Position numbers and translations under genes: made by a program. The notes under the pieces were generated by a model that was not told the DNA's origin, ran no database searches, and worked only from the letters and a program-made list of their open reading frames with translations. A DNA stretch of 64,000 nucleotides from assembly GCA_963796965.1 (NCBI GenBank), contig CAWCNS010000016.1, positions 160,001 to 224,000 of the forward strand. The letters are read 5' to 3'. This stretch comes from Calditrichia bacterium (lineage in GTDB: Bacteria > Calditrichota > Calditrichia > JAJRVZ01). The stretch's first letter is position 1. Each line of letters begins with the position of its first letter. Shown piece after piece: positions 33,084 through 44,394 of this stretch.

Positions 33084-34064
33084 ATGCCGAAAAAACGAAT
33101 TTTGAGTGGAATGCGCCCCACGGGTAAATTACATCTTGGGAATTTTGCAGGTGCACTCGAAAACTGGATTAAATTACAGGATGATTATGAAAATTATTTT
33201 TTTGTCGCTGACTGGCATTCTTTAACAACCAATGCAGCAGCATCCTTTGATGTTAAAATGCAAACACGGGATATGGTGATAGATTGGTTGAGTGCCGGGA
33301 TAAAACCAGAAAATCCAATATTTATACAGTCACAGGTTAAAGAGCATGCTGAATTGCATTTGCTCTTCTCGATGTTGATCACAACTGCCAGGTTGGAGAG
33401 GAATCCCACTTTGAAAGAACAGGTTCGTGATTTAAGCGCGGATACAGTCATATATGGTCATCTTGGTTATCCGGTATTGCAGGCTGCCGATATCCTGATG
33501 TATAAGGCCAATGTCGTCCCGGTTGGTGAAGACCAGGCTCCGCACGTAGAAATTACCAGGGAGATTGCCCGAAAGTTTAACACGACTTATGATGAAGTTT
33601 TTCCTGAACCTGAAACAAAATTGACAACATTTGCCCGGCTACCTGGACTGGATGGCCGTAAAATGGGGAAGTCAAATAATAATTTTATTTTAATGTCAGA
33701 TTCAGAAGAGGATATATTTAAGTCCGTCAGAACTGCTATAACCGATCCGCAAAAGGTCAGACGTAATGATCCGGGACATCCGGATATTTGTAATGTTTTT
33801 GCTTATCATAAAAAATTCAATAATGATGAAGTTCCGCAAATTGAAGAGGATTGTATCAGCGGGGCATTAGGCTGTGTGGATTGTAAGAAAAATTGCGCTT
33901 CAAAAATATCTGATTTTTTTGCACCGCTTAGAGAAAAGCGTGCGTATTTTTTAAAGAATCCCAATGAGGTGGATGATATTATTTCCTCCGGAATTAAAAA
34001 AGCGCGCTCTGTAGCTCAGGGAACCATGCATGACGTTTATTCGGCGATGGAAATGGGTGGATAA
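33084..34064 (+). CDS. trpS: Tryptophan--tRNA ligase
   Basis: SGMRPTGKLHLGN, YPVLQAADIL, VPVGEDQ, KMGKS. Confidence 0.97.
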   Translation: MPKKRILSGMRPTGKLHLGNFAGALENWIKLQDDYENYFFVADWHSLTTNAAASFDVKMQTRDMVIDWLSAGIKPENPIFIQSQVKEHAELHLLFSMLITTARLERNPTLKEQVRDLSADTVIYGHLGYPVLQAADILMYKANVVPVGEDQAPHVEITREIARKFNTTYDEVFPEPETKLTTFARLPGLDGRKMGKSNNNFILMSDSEEDIFKSVRTAITDPQKVRRNDPGHPDICNVFAYHKKFNNDEVPQIEEDCISGALGCVDCKKNCASKISDFFAPLREKRAYFLKNPNEVDDIISSGIKKARSVAQGTMHDVYSAMEMGG

Positions 34065-34783
34065 TGCAATATCGTGTAAAACTGGACATATTTGAGGGCC
34101 CGTTCGATCTCCTCTTATTTCTAATCAGAAAACATGAGGTGGATATCTACGATATTCCTATCCATGATATCACTAATCAGTTTCTCGAATATCTGGATTT
34201 AATGAAAATTCTTGATCTGGAAATCGCCGGCGAGTTTATAGAAATAGTTGCTGTTCTGATGAATATTAAGGCCAGGATGCTGTTGCCTAAACCGGTAATG
34301 GGTGATGATGAGGAAGCAGAAGATCCAAGAACAGAATTGGTTGAAAGACTTCTTGAATATAAAAAGTTTAAAGAAGCGGCAGAAAATATTCGTGTATATG
34401 AAGAGCGGCGAAGGAGAGTATTTTCAAGAAAATATTTTCCGTCTATGAGGGAGAAACAGGAAGTCTCACAAGAAGAGTATCTGCAGGATGTTACGCTCTT
34501 TGATCTTTTACTGGCCTTTAAAAAAGCATTAGATAATATGCCCAAAGTGACCTATCATGAGGTCAGAAAAATCGAAGTAACAGTAGAAGAGCAGGCACAA
34601 TTTATTATGGGTAAATTTTCTGAAACAAAGATGATTCTCTTCAGTGATCTGGTAAAACAAATAAAAGACCGGATTGTGATAATTGTAACATTTCTTGCAT
34701 TATTGGATCTGATGCGTCTAAAAAAAGTTAACGTTAAGCAATATCAAATTTTTGAAGATATTCAGATCTCATCTTTGGAGTAA
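34064..34783 (+). CDS. scpA: Segregation and condensation protein A
   Basis: FEGPFDLLL, IKARMLLP, DPRTELV.RLLEY, VTFLALLDL. Confidence 0.95.
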   Translation: MQYRVKLDIFEGPFDLLLFLIRKHEVDIYDIPIHDITNQFLEYLDLMKILDLEIAGEFIEIVAVLMNIKARMLLPKPVMGDDEEAEDPRTELVERLLEYKKFKEAAENIRVYEERRRRVFSRKYFPSMREKQEVSQEEYLQDVTLFDLLLAFKKALDNMPKVTYHEVRKIEVTVEEQAQFIMGKFSETKMILFSDLVKQIKDRIVIIVTFLALLDLMRLKKVNVKQYQIFEDIQISSLE

Positions 34784-34823
34784 ATACTCAATTAAATATC
34801 TAAAAATAAAGTAGATTTAAACT

Positions 34824-35549
34824 ATGGATCTTAATTACAAAAATATTATTGAATCTTTATTGTTCGCCAGTGATACGCCTCTGACTTTACAAAAATTGAA
34901 AGAAATCACAGAAGTAGATTCGGTCAAAAAAGTTAAGAAGGGGATTGATTCCCTGAATAAATTCTATGAAGAAAAGAAATCAGCGATGAAAGTTGTTGAA
35001 GTTGCGGGCGGATATCAAATCGTATCAAAACCGGAATATGCTCCCTATGTTCAAAAAATGTTCAGAGGGCGACAGGCTTCCCGTTTGACTCAAAGAGGTC
35101 TTGAAACCTTAGCTATTATTGCCTACAAACAACCGATTACAAAGAATGAAATGGAAAATATAAGGGGTGTAAATGTTGATGGTGTTGTTAAAACGTTATT
35201 AGAACGTAATCTGATTAAAATAGAAGGTCGCGAAAAAGCACCGGGAAACCCCTTGCTCTATGGCACAACAAAATATTTTCTGGAATATTTTGGTCTAAAA
35301 TCATTGGAAGATCTTCCAAAATTGAAAGAAATCGATGAACTATTAAAAGATGATACTAAATTTTTGGAAAGCCTTGACCAGGTTGCCCTGCAAAAATTAG
35401 AACCGGAGGCTTTGGGGATAAAAAATATAGAGGCTACGGCAGAGCCAACGGGCGATTCTGAGATGGCCTCCGAAAAAAGTGATGTGGATGAACATGGTCA
35501 AATTAGTATAGAAACGGGTATTAAAGATAAAAATGATACGCCTGAATAA
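34824..35549 (+). CDS. scpB: SMC-Scp complex subunit ScpB
   Basis: IESLLF, LETLAIIAYKQPIT, IRGVN, YGTT..FLEYFGL. Confidence 0.95.
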   Translation: MDLNYKNIIESLLFASDTPLTLQKLKEITEVDSVKKVKKGIDSLNKFYEEKKSAMKVVEVAGGYQIVSKPEYAPYVQKMFRGRQASRLTQRGLETLAIIAYKQPITKNEMENIRGVNVDGVVKTLLERNLIKIEGREKAPGNPLLYGTTKYFLEYFGLKSLEDLPKLKEIDELLKDDTKFLESLDQVALQKLEPEALGIKNIEATAEPTGDSEMASEKSDVDEHGQISIETGIKDKNDTPE

Positions 35550-36243
35550 ATATCTGGCTTCTGCTGGTGTCGGATCAAGACGAAAATGTGACGATTATAT
35601 TGTCGCAGGCCGTGTAAAGGTTAATGGTAAAATTGTCCAAACCCTGGGTGTGAAGATCGAGGAATCCATTGATAAGATCTCCTTTGATGATCAACCAGTT
35701 AATTTGATTGAAAAATATCTCTATTTGATTTTGAATAAACCTGCCGGTATTATAACATCAGCAAAAGATGAATTTGATCGTCAAACTGTTCTGGACTTGA
35801 TTCCCGTCGAAGAAAGAATTTATCCTGTAGGCAGGTTAGATCAGGATTCAACCGGGCTTGTCTTTCTAACCAATGATGGTGATCTGGCCAACAAATTAAT
35901 CCATCCAAAGTATAAAATTTCCAAGACTTATCATGTCTTATTAAATAAAATTCTCCACCCCAAGGATATGTATCATTTTGAACGTGGATTAATTTTAGAT
36001 GATAAAATTACCGCACCATGCAAACTATCTGGAATTCGGGTTATTGATAATTGCAGTTTTCTGGAAGTAATTTTGTGGGAGGGACGAAACCGGCAAATCA
36101 GACGGATGTTTGAAATGTTAGGATACGAGGTAGATACATTAGACCGCATCGCTCTGGGATCCCTGACACTTCGGGGACTCAAAAGAGGGGAGTGGCGCCA
36201 TCTGACTGAGGATGAAGTCAAGGAATTGAAAATTGCAGAATAG
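35533..36243 (+). CDS. rluB: rRNA pseudouridine synthase (RluB/RsuA family)
   Basis: S4 domain RLNKYLA, LNKP, PVGRLD, EGRNRQIRRM. Confidence 0.9.
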   Translation: MIRLNKYLASAGVGSRRKCDDYIVAGRVKVNGKIVQTLGVKIEESIDKISFDDQPVNLIEKYLYLILNKPAGIITSAKDEFDRQTVLDLIPVEERIYPVGRLDQDSTGLVFLTNDGDLANKLIHPKYKISKTYHVLLNKILHPKDMYHFERGLILDDKITAPCKLSGIRVIDNCSFLEVILWEGRNRQIRRMFEMLGYEVDTLDRIALGSLTLRGLKRGEWRHLTEDEVKELKIAE

Positions 36244-36330
36244 ACCCCCGGAAATAAACAATTACAAATTACGAATTACAAATGTCTCTGTTGTATTTGC
36301 AAGGTGATTCTCTAACATACTCAAAAAAAT

Positions 36331-37014
36331 ATGTCACAAAATAAACTCAGACTTACAATTGCCATAGATGGGCCAGCAGCTTCAGGAAAAAGTACTACCG
36401 CTCGACTGGTTGCCCAAAAACTCGGATATCTTTATATCGACACAGGGGCCATGTACAGAGCTCTTACTCTCGCGGTGTTGAATCGTAATATTGACATTGA
36501 AGACGAAGAAAAGGTTGTATTAGCTGCGAAAGAAATTGACATTCGTTTGTTAGCAGAGAATAATAAAATCCGAACATTTTTAGATAATCAGGATGTCTCA
36601 GAAGATATTCGCTTACCTCGTGTAACATCTGTGATTAGCATTATCTCGGCTTATAGAGGGGTACGAGAAATTATGAAAGTGAAGCAACAAGCCTTGGCCA
36701 GAGAAGGTGGTGTTGTAATGGATGGGCGCGATATCGGTACGGTGGTATTACCACAGGCAGATGTAAAAGTGTTCATGGAGGCATCTGTCGAGAAAAGAGC
36801 AGATCGTCGTCTCAAAGAACTACAAAATAAAGGTGTTGATGTTGATCGTGAGCGTATCAAAACAGAAATTATCCAGCGGGATGAATTAGACTCAAACCGC
36901 GAAGTTGCCCCCCTAAAACCTGCCACAGATGCTCACATTCTCGATACCTCTGATCTCAATATTGATCAGCAAGTCCAAAAAGTTCTGGATTTGATAAAAC
37001 CCCTTTCAGAATAA
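36331..37014 (+). CDS. cmk: Cytidylate kinase
   Basis: IAIDGPAASGKST, DTGAMYRA, MDGRDIGTVV. Confidence 0.97.
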   Translation: MSQNKLRLTIAIDGPAASGKSTTARLVAQKLGYLYIDTGAMYRALTLAVLNRNIDIEDEEKVVLAAKEIDIRLLAENNKIRTFLDNQDVSEDIRLPRVTSVISIISAYRGVREIMKVKQQALAREGGVVMDGRDIGTVVLPQADVKVFMEASVEKRADRRLKELQNKGVDVDRERIKTEIIQRDELDSNREVAPLKPATDAHILDTSDLNIDQQVQKVLDLIKPLSE

Positions 37015-37360
37015 AGACCTTTTTCTCACCATTTTTCCTAAATCACCCTAAGATAGAAATATTTCTTCCGGATACCCATGTCTATATTGAGCAGCAGACG
37101 GTATGCAGAGGATGAGTAAGGCACAAAATGATTTGAAAGTTACTATCATACGCAATAAACTTTGCGACACCTTTTTATATTTTCGCAATAAAAAGCATCT
37201 TATCAATCTTTATAAAGATAAATGTGCCCTTAGTCGTGCAAAAAAGATCATGAAAAAACAGTTGTATAGGCAAAATAATTACTTTAAATTAAATATCTTT
37301 GCAATTTACAAACTACCCGCTTATCGGGTATTATACTTGATCTTAGGAGGTTTTAATTAA

Positions 37361-39658
37361 ATGACTGAAGAGAAGAAACAGGTCGAGGAATCGACCACAA
37401 CCCAGGTGCAGGAAGATGTGGCACCTGTTGAAGAGAATGTAGAGCAGGAAACGGCGAAAGTCGAAGAACCTGAAGTGGTGGCTGAAAAGGAGAGTGAATC
37501 CGAAGAAGAAACTCCTGCTGAAGAAGAGAAAAAGGAAGTAAAGGAAACAGCCACAACTAAATCTATGGAAGAGGAAGAAGTTGTACGTCTTGAGGATCTG
37601 ACAGAGGAGACAGAATACTCACAAGAAGAAATCAGTTTTCTAACTCAGATGTATGATAAAACTTTGCATGAAATAAAGCAAGGTGATATCGTTAAAGGAA
37701 AAGTACTTGATGTCACTGACAGTGATGTTCTGATTGATATCGGATTTAAATCTGAAGGTATTATTCCAGGAGATGAGTTTGATGACCTTAAAAAAGTTCA
37801 GGTCGGAGAAGAAATGGAAGTCTTCCTTGAGAACGTTGAAGATCCCAATGGACAATTAATATTGTCCAGGCGTCGTGCTGATTTTATACGGGTATGGGAA
37901 AACGTAGTAGAAAAATTTGAGAATAATGAAACCATCTCGGGTACCATTGTTCGCAGAATTAAAGGTGGTATGGTTGTAACCTTAAATGGAGTGGATGCCT
38001 TTTTGCCCGGATCACAAATAGATGTAAAACCAATCAGAGATTTTGATGCTTATCTTGGCAAAGATCTGGATTTCAAGATAGTAAAGGTTAATCATATTCG
38101 TAGAAATATTGTGGTTTCATCCCGGGTACTCATTGAAAAAGAGATGGAGAGTCAACGCTCAGAAATTATCAAAACGATTGAAAAGGGCCAGGTACGTAAA
38201 GGTACGGTTAAAAACATCACCGATTTTGGTGTTTTTGTTGATCTTGGCGGTGTTGACGGATTATTGCATATTACTGATCTGAGCTGGGGGCGGGTAAATC
38301 ATCCTTCAGAAGTTGTGAAATTGGATGAAGACATTGAAGTCGTTATCCTTGATTATAACGAAAATAAAGATCGGATTTCACTAGGTAGAAAGCAATTAAT
38401 GCCTCATCCATGGGAAGAAGTAGAAACAAAATATCCCGTAGGTAAAGTTGTAGAGGGTAAGGTCGTTAGCCTTACAGATTATGGTGCATTTATTGAACTT
38501 GAGACAGGTATTGAAGGATTGATTCATATTTCAGAAATGTCCTGGTCACAACATATTAAACATCCAAGCCAGCTTCTTCATGTGGGCATGGAAGTGGATG
38601 CAAAGATCCTTAGTGTTGAATCTGGTGAGAAAAAAATCTCCCTTGGTCTTAAACAATTAGAACCGGATCCATGGGAAAAGATCGATGAAAAATATCCCGA
38701 AAATTCAAAACACACCGGTGTTGTACGGAATCTAACACAGTTTGGTGCTTTTGTTGAAGTGAGAAGAGGGTATTGACGGTCTGGTACATATTTCTGATCT
38801 CTCTTGGACAAAGAAAATTCGCCACCCAAGTGAGGTTGTTAAAAAAGGTGATGAGATTGAAGTCATTGTTCTGGGGATCAACCGTGAAGAAAGACGAATT
38901 GCACTGGGTCATAAGCAGATCGAGGAAAATCCCTGGGATGCTTTTGAGGATAAATACCAGGTGGATACAGAAACCAAGGGTTTAGTTTCGCGCATCATCG
39001 ACAAGGGTGTTATTATTACATTGCCTCTTGGTGTTGATGGATTTATTCCGATAAATCATTTAGGACATGTAAAATTGAAAAAAGGCTTCTGACTTTTTTA
39101 AACCAGGTGACGAAGTACCGGCTAAGGTAATCGAGTTCGATAAAGACAATAAGAAAATAGTTTTGTCAATCTCCAATTATTTTAAAGATAAAGAAGAGAA
39201 TGAATGGAGTGATTATCTGGCAAAACAAGGCGTGGAAAAAACCACGATGGAAGAACTTGTAAAAACTGTGCCTGAGAAGGAAGAAGAAAAAGAAACCACT
39301 CCTGATGAGAATTTAGCAGCAGAAGCTCCTGCTCCTGAAAAAGCTGAAAAGGAAGAAGTGGCGGCTGATGTTCCGGAAGTTGCAGAAGCTGAAACTGCTG
39401 AGAAAACCGAACCTGAAGTAGAGGTGCCGGTGGCAGAGGAAGTTGTAGAAGAGGTGGAGAAGAAACCCAAGAAGACGAAGAAGAAAGAATCTGAAGTGTT
39501 GGAAGAATCTCCTGCTAAAGCAGAAGTAGAGGAAGAGCCTAAGGAAGAAGCTGAAAGCCGAAATGGAAGAGAAGAAGCCAAAAGCTAAAGCCTCAAAGAA
39601 AAAAACAGAAACCAGTAAAGAGTCTGAAAGTACTGATGAAGAAAAATCAGATTCCTGA
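37361..39658 (+). CDS. rpsA: 30S ribosomal protein S1 with acidic extensions (three +1 frameshifts near 38761, 39084, 39556)
   Basis: S1 repeats ([49 protein letters not shown]); removing 3 nt gives one ORF ending TGA 39656-39658. Confidence 0.95.
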
Positions 39659-39670
39659 GTTTCTTGATAT

Positions 39671-39704
39671 AAAAAGCCAGTCCAAGGTAGACTGGCTTTT
39701 TTTT
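39671..39704 (+). terminator. Intrinsic terminator after rpsA
   Basis: AAAAAGCCAGTC-CAAGGTA-GACTGGCTTTTTTTT. Confidence 0.9.
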
Positions 39705-39802
39705 ATCTTTAGTAGATTTTTGAAGTATAAAAAAAAATAATTGGATATTCTTGCAAAGGATTAAAATTTCATACAATCATTGGAAATTCTTTGGAATTAA
39801 TT

Positions 39803-39829
39803 TAGGTTTTATAATTTTGATGCCGATAA
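39803..39829 (+). promoter_or_regulatory. Putative sigma-28 promoter of the mreB paralog
   Basis: TAGGTTTT-N11-GCCGATAA versus consensus TAAAGTTT-N11-GCCGATAA; perfect -10. Confidence 0.65.
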
Positions 39830-39885
39830 CAATAATATAGATATTATTTTCTCTTTACCTCAGCCTCTAATTTAAAGGTGAAGAT

Positions 39886-40902
39886 ATGTTCAATTTCCTC
39901 AAATATGTTTTTACTAATCTGGGTATTGATCTTGGCACTGCAAACACTGTTGTTTTTGCCGAGCGAAAAGGTTATGTCGTTAATGAACCATCCGTTATTG
40001 CGTTCAATAAAGGACATAATGTTATTGCAGTTGGTACAGATGCAAAGGAGATGCTTGGTAAAACCGGTGACCAGATAAAAGTTATCCGACCATTAGCAGA
40101 TGGAGTAATTGCTGATTTTATTGCCGGAGAGGAAATGGTCAAGTCGTTTATCCAAAGCGCATCCATTCCGAAGTACCGGATCGGGAAAATTGTTATGGGT
40201 GTGCCAACGGGTATTACGGAAGTTGAAAAACTTGCTGTAATTGAATCTGCCGAACAGGCTGGTGCCCGTGAGGTGTATTTGATTGCTGAGCCAATGGCCG
40301 CAGCGGTTGGCATTGGGCTCGATGTCAAAGGGAAAGATGCCCATATGATTGTTGATATCGGTGGAGGAACAACCGATATTGCTGTGATCAACTATGGCGG
40401 AATTGTCGTTGATAATACGATTCGTATTGCCGGGGATGAGCTGAATGAATCGATCATTCGCTATTTTAAAACAAAATATAACCTTCGTATTGGGGAGACA
40501 ACAGCAGAGCGGTTAAAAATGTCCTACGGAACGGTTTCCGAGAAATATAATGGAAGAGCGGTATCTATAAAGGGACTTGATGTTCAGAATGGACTACCAC
40601 GTCAGTTAATTCTTACCAACAGCTGTTTTATTGATGCGACAAAGGATGTCGTCGACACAATTATTACTGCAATATTAAATACATTAGAAAAACTCCCTGC
40701 AGAGTTGGTGAGTGATTTGGTGGACCGTGGCATCATATTAACAGGTGGTGGTGCCCTTCTAAGTGGACTTGATGAGGTGATCTGTGAGAGGACATCGCTG
40801 CCCGTAAGTGTTGCTCATAATGCCCTGTATTCTGTTGCCGAGGGTACAAGGCTTATTCTTGATGATTTCTATAATTTTCATGATATTTTGATGAGAAGAT
40901 AG
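39886..40902 (+). CDS. mreB: MreB-family actin-like protein, not linked to mreC/mreD
   Basis: GIDLGTANT, NEPSV, IRPL.DGVIADF, EPMAAA, VDIGGGTTD, GI.LTGGGALL. Confidence 0.92.
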   Translation: MFNFLKYVFTNLGIDLGTANTVVFAERKGYVVNEPSVIAFNKGHNVIAVGTDAKEMLGKTGDQIKVIRPLADGVIADFIAGEEMVKSFIQSASIPKYRIGKIVMGVPTGITEVEKLAVIESAEQAGAREVYLIAEPMAAAVGIGLDVKGKDAHMIVDIGGGTTDIAVINYGGIVVDNTIRIAGDELNESIIRYFKTKYNLRIGETTAERLKMSYGTVSEKYNGRAVSIKGLDVQNGLPRQLILTNSCFIDATKDVVDTIITAILNTLEKLPAELVSDLVDRGIILTGGGALLSGLDEVICERTSLPVSVAHNALYSVAEGTRLILDDFYNFHDILMRR

Positions 40903-41029
40903 TTCTAATAAAGGAATATCCCCCAGAGAAGTTGCTGTAAAACTTGAATCTTTTTTGCGCATTCCATAAAATAACCCTCAATTTTAATCCAATATCCTGA
41001 CTAAACAATTAGATAGAAAATAATTACCC

Positions 41030-42067
41030 GTGATAACTGGAAAAAATATATTAATTCTGCAAATACTTTTTATGCAATTAATTTGCTCGGGGTATGCCGC
41101 AGATCGTTGGATCAAAGAAACAATTGAATTGACAATTAATACTGATTTTGAGGGTGCCCTCAGAGTTGCTCAAAATGAGATTGATATAGATCCTGAGAAT
41201 TATCGGGCCTGGTTCTACATAGCAGCAACTTATAATTCTAAGATGACACATTTTGAAAATGACATCGGTGTTGAACAATTTGATAAGGCCATCGATAAAA
41301 CCATTGATTTGATTAATTTTCAGTTTGATAATAATGAGAGTTTGAATGATTCAACCCGGGCTCAGCTATTGTTTTATATGGGAAGCGCCTATGGGTATCG
41401 TGCCTATTTGCAAGGACGGCAGGGGCTGTACCTGGCAGCTATTTCTAATGGTCTTAAATCCGTTGGCTATCTCAATGAGTCATTAGAGTATGATTCAAAT
41501 CTGTATGGTGCCTATTTAGGTATAGGTGTTTATAAATACTGGCGATATAGTCGATTGAATTTTATATCCTGGTTACCTTTTGTCCCTGATGATCGTGAAG
41601 AGGGTATTGCGATGATAAATATTGCCATTGCAAATGATTCCCTGAGCAAGTATATGGCTATGCATCAATTGGTATATATTCTACTGGACTATGGTAAATT
41701 TGATGAGGCGTTGAAATTTGGTAAGATTATTGTAGAAAAGTATCCGCAAAGCCAGTTTATGTGGTGGGCAAATGCACATGCTTATTTTAAATCGGAAAAG
41801 TATAAGGAAGCTGAAAAGTCTTATGAGTATTTATATCAATTGATCCGGCAGGACAAAAACCGGAATGTGACCCACTTGATTAAATGTCAGTACAAAATGG
41901 CCCTTACTGCTCAACATTTGAATAATTCTCGGTTATGTAATCAGCGTTGTGAGAACCTTCTGGAATATGCCGGTCGTGAAGATCTTACCGATGATGCGCG
42001 GGATATACTTTCTGATACAGAAGATTTGTGGGAAGAGTGTCAGGAGCAACTGAAGGAAATCCGTTGA
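41030..42067 (+). CDS. Exported tetratricopeptide-repeat protein
   Basis: Signal-like N-terminus; TPR-like helices (AYLGIGVYKYW, ANAHAYFKSEKYKEAEKSY). Confidence 0.7.
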   Translation: MITGKNILILQILFMQLICSGYAADRWIKETIELTINTDFEGALRVAQNEIDIDPENYRAWFYIAATYNSKMTHFENDIGVEQFDKAIDKTIDLINFQFDNNESLNDSTRAQLLFYMGSAYGYRAYLQGRQGLYLAAISNGLKSVGYLNESLEYDSNLYGAYLGIGVYKYWRYSRLNFISWLPFVPDDREEGIAMINIAIANDSLSKYMAMHQLVYILLDYGKFDEALKFGKIIVEKYPQSQFMWWANAHAYFKSEKYKEAEKSYEYLYQLIRQDKNRNVTHLIKCQYKMALTAQHLNNSRLCNQRCENLLEYAGREDLTDDARDILSDTEDLWEECQEQLKEIR

Positions 42068-42147
42068 GACGGTGATGGGGGATGAGGCTAAAAAAATTCT
42101 CATTATTATAAACGTTATCTCCCCTTAACACCATCCTCTATTTATAA

Positions 42148-42164
42148 ATGCAAATTTCATGCCG
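42148..42164 (-). promoter_or_regulatory. Sigma-54 -24/-12 site on the strand opposite rpoN
   Basis: Minus strand CGGCATGAAATTTGCAT, GG-N10-GC; next to TTGCGT-N17-TAATAT (42172-42200, +). Confidence 0.65.
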
Positions 42165-42331
42165 GATTTTCTTGCGTTCCATTTTTATTATAATTAATAT
42201 ATCGTTTGTATAAAAAGAGTCCATAATAAAGCCCTTTTTATACCCATTTGGCCGGTTTTCCGCTATCGACGGTGAGCCTTGTATTTACCAGGACCAATGT
42301 CAAAAATAACATATTAAAAGTATAAGTTTAT

Positions 42332-43803
42332 ATGGTACAATTATCACAATCAATGCGGTTAGGCCAGGTTCAACAACTCTCACCGCAACAAATATTACTT
42401 TCGACACTTCTGCAATTACCATTGCTTAGTCTGGAGCAAAAGATTCAGACTGAGCTTGAATTAAATCCTGTCCTTGAGGAAGGTCTTGAAGATGAATTAG
42501 ATCAGGAATCTGAGATAATTGAGGTAACAGAAGAAGAGAAAGTAGAAGTCGAAAAAGAACTGGAACTCACAGATCCTGAAGATAGCGGTAGTGATCTGGA
42601 TGTAAAGGAATTGAAAGAAGCGCAAGAAGATGGTGACTGGGATCAATTGATTAATGATGAGGATTCCTATGAATACCGCCTGCCCCGTGATAATAACGAA
42701 GAAGATTTCGAACGTCCCGAGGTTGAAGTAGCTCGATGACAGATCATCTTTTAGAGCAATTAAATTATTTATCACAAGATGAGATAGAAAATAAGGTTGG
42801 GGAATACCTGATCTGGAATATTAAAGATGACGGCTATCTTGATGAGACACTTAACCTGGAAAATGTAGCGGAAATATTTGAATGTTCCCAGGCAATGGTT
42901 GAAAAAGTATTACGTAAAGTTCAGAAATTTGATCCGGTCGGAGTTGGTGCGAGAAATTTACAGGAATGTCTATTAATACAGTTGGAATTAGCAAGACCGC
43001 AGCCCCAAATTGCTATACTAATTATTAGAGACCATTTCGAAGATTTTAAGAACAAACGGTATGATAAAATCATGTCAGACCTGAACATTGATAGAGATGG
43101 GTTAAAAAATGTATTAGAAATCGTGTCAAAACTCAATCCAAAACCAGGTCTAGGATTATTCAACACGAAACATAACTATATCGTACCCGATTTTATGGTC
43201 GAAAAAGTTGATGATGAATTTGTCGTGACCTTAAATGACTGGAATATCCCACCGCTTCGCATTAGCAATACTTATAAACAATTATTAAGAAATAAAAACA
43301 AGACAGATAAAGAAACAAAACAATACATTCGCAAAAAGATTGAATCTGCAAAGTGGTTTATTAATTCAATATATCAAAGAAAAATGACAATGTTGAACGT
43401 GATGCGTGCTATTGTTGAGAGACAAGATGAGTTTTTTGATAGCGGCCCGGCACATATCAAGCCACTCATTATGCGTGAAATTGCAGAGATGATAAATATG
43501 GATATTTCAACGGTAAGTCGGGTGGCAAATGGAAAATATGTACAAACTGATCACGGCATTTTTGAATTAAAATATTTTTTTACGGAACGTATTCAGATGG
43601 ATGACGGAGAAGAGGTCTCAACCAGAAAAGTAAAATCAAGAATTGCAGAGATGGTTGAAGAAGAGAATCCCAAAAAACCTCTGAGTGATGAAAAAATATC
43701 TCAAATTCTTACAAAAGAGGGGTTTCCCGTTGCCCGCCGTACGGTAGCAAAATACAGAGAGCAATTAAATATCTCTGTTGCCAGATTACGAAAAAAAATC
43801 TAA
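42332..43803 (+). CDS. rpoN: RNA polymerase sigma-54 factor (split into two ORFs at 42736-42739)
   Basis: Region [39 protein letters not shown], RpoN box [10 protein letters not shown]. Confidence 0.95.
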
Positions 43804-43832
43804 CCAATATTATCAACCAAAAGGAAATAATC

Positions 43833-44381
43833 ATGTCGATGCACGAGCCAGACAGGTTTATGGCTACAACTATTGTAGGAGTCCGTCATAAAAATCAGGT
43901 GGCAATTGGAGGAGATGGCCAGGTTACGCTAGGCCAGACAGTAATGAAACACAATTCAACAAAAATCCGTAAATTATATAATGACACCATCCTCGCTGGT
44001 TTTGCCGGAGCGGCAGCTGATGCTTTTACACTCTTTGAAAAATTTGAGGAGAAACTGGAAAGATACTCAGGAAATTTAGCTAAGGTAGCTGTCGAGTTAG
44101 CGAAAGAGTGGCGAACAGATAAATATTTAAGACGACTTGAAGCATTATTAGCTGTTATGGATAAAAAATCAATTTTCCTGATTTCAGGTACAGGTGATGT
44201 AATTGAGCCAGATGATGGGATAATTGCCATTGGATCCGGTGGCAATTATGCTCTGTCTGCCGCGCGGGGATTAGTCAAACATTCGACGCTAAATGCCGAG
44301 GATATTGTCAAAGAATCACTTATAATTGCTTCCGAAATATGTATTTATACAAACACGAATATAAAGATTGAAACCTTATAA
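43833..44381 (+). CDS. hslV: ATP-dependent protease peptidase subunit
   Basis: [31 protein letters not shown]. Confidence 0.97.
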   Translation: MSMHEPDRFMATTIVGVRHKNQVAIGGDGQVTLGQTVMKHNSTKIRKLYNDTILAGFAGAAADAFTLFEKFEEKLERYSGNLAKVAVELAKEWRTDKYLRRLEALLAVMDKKSIFLISGTGDVIEPDDGIIAIGSGGNYALSAARGLVKHSTLNAEDIVKESLIIASEICIYTNTNIKIETL

Positions 44382-44394
44382 GGATCTTACTTCG

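Noticed and set aside
37103..37360. 85-aa ORF between cmk and rpsA
   Set aside because: Spans the likely rpsA promoter/leader; AT-rich, no recognisable motif
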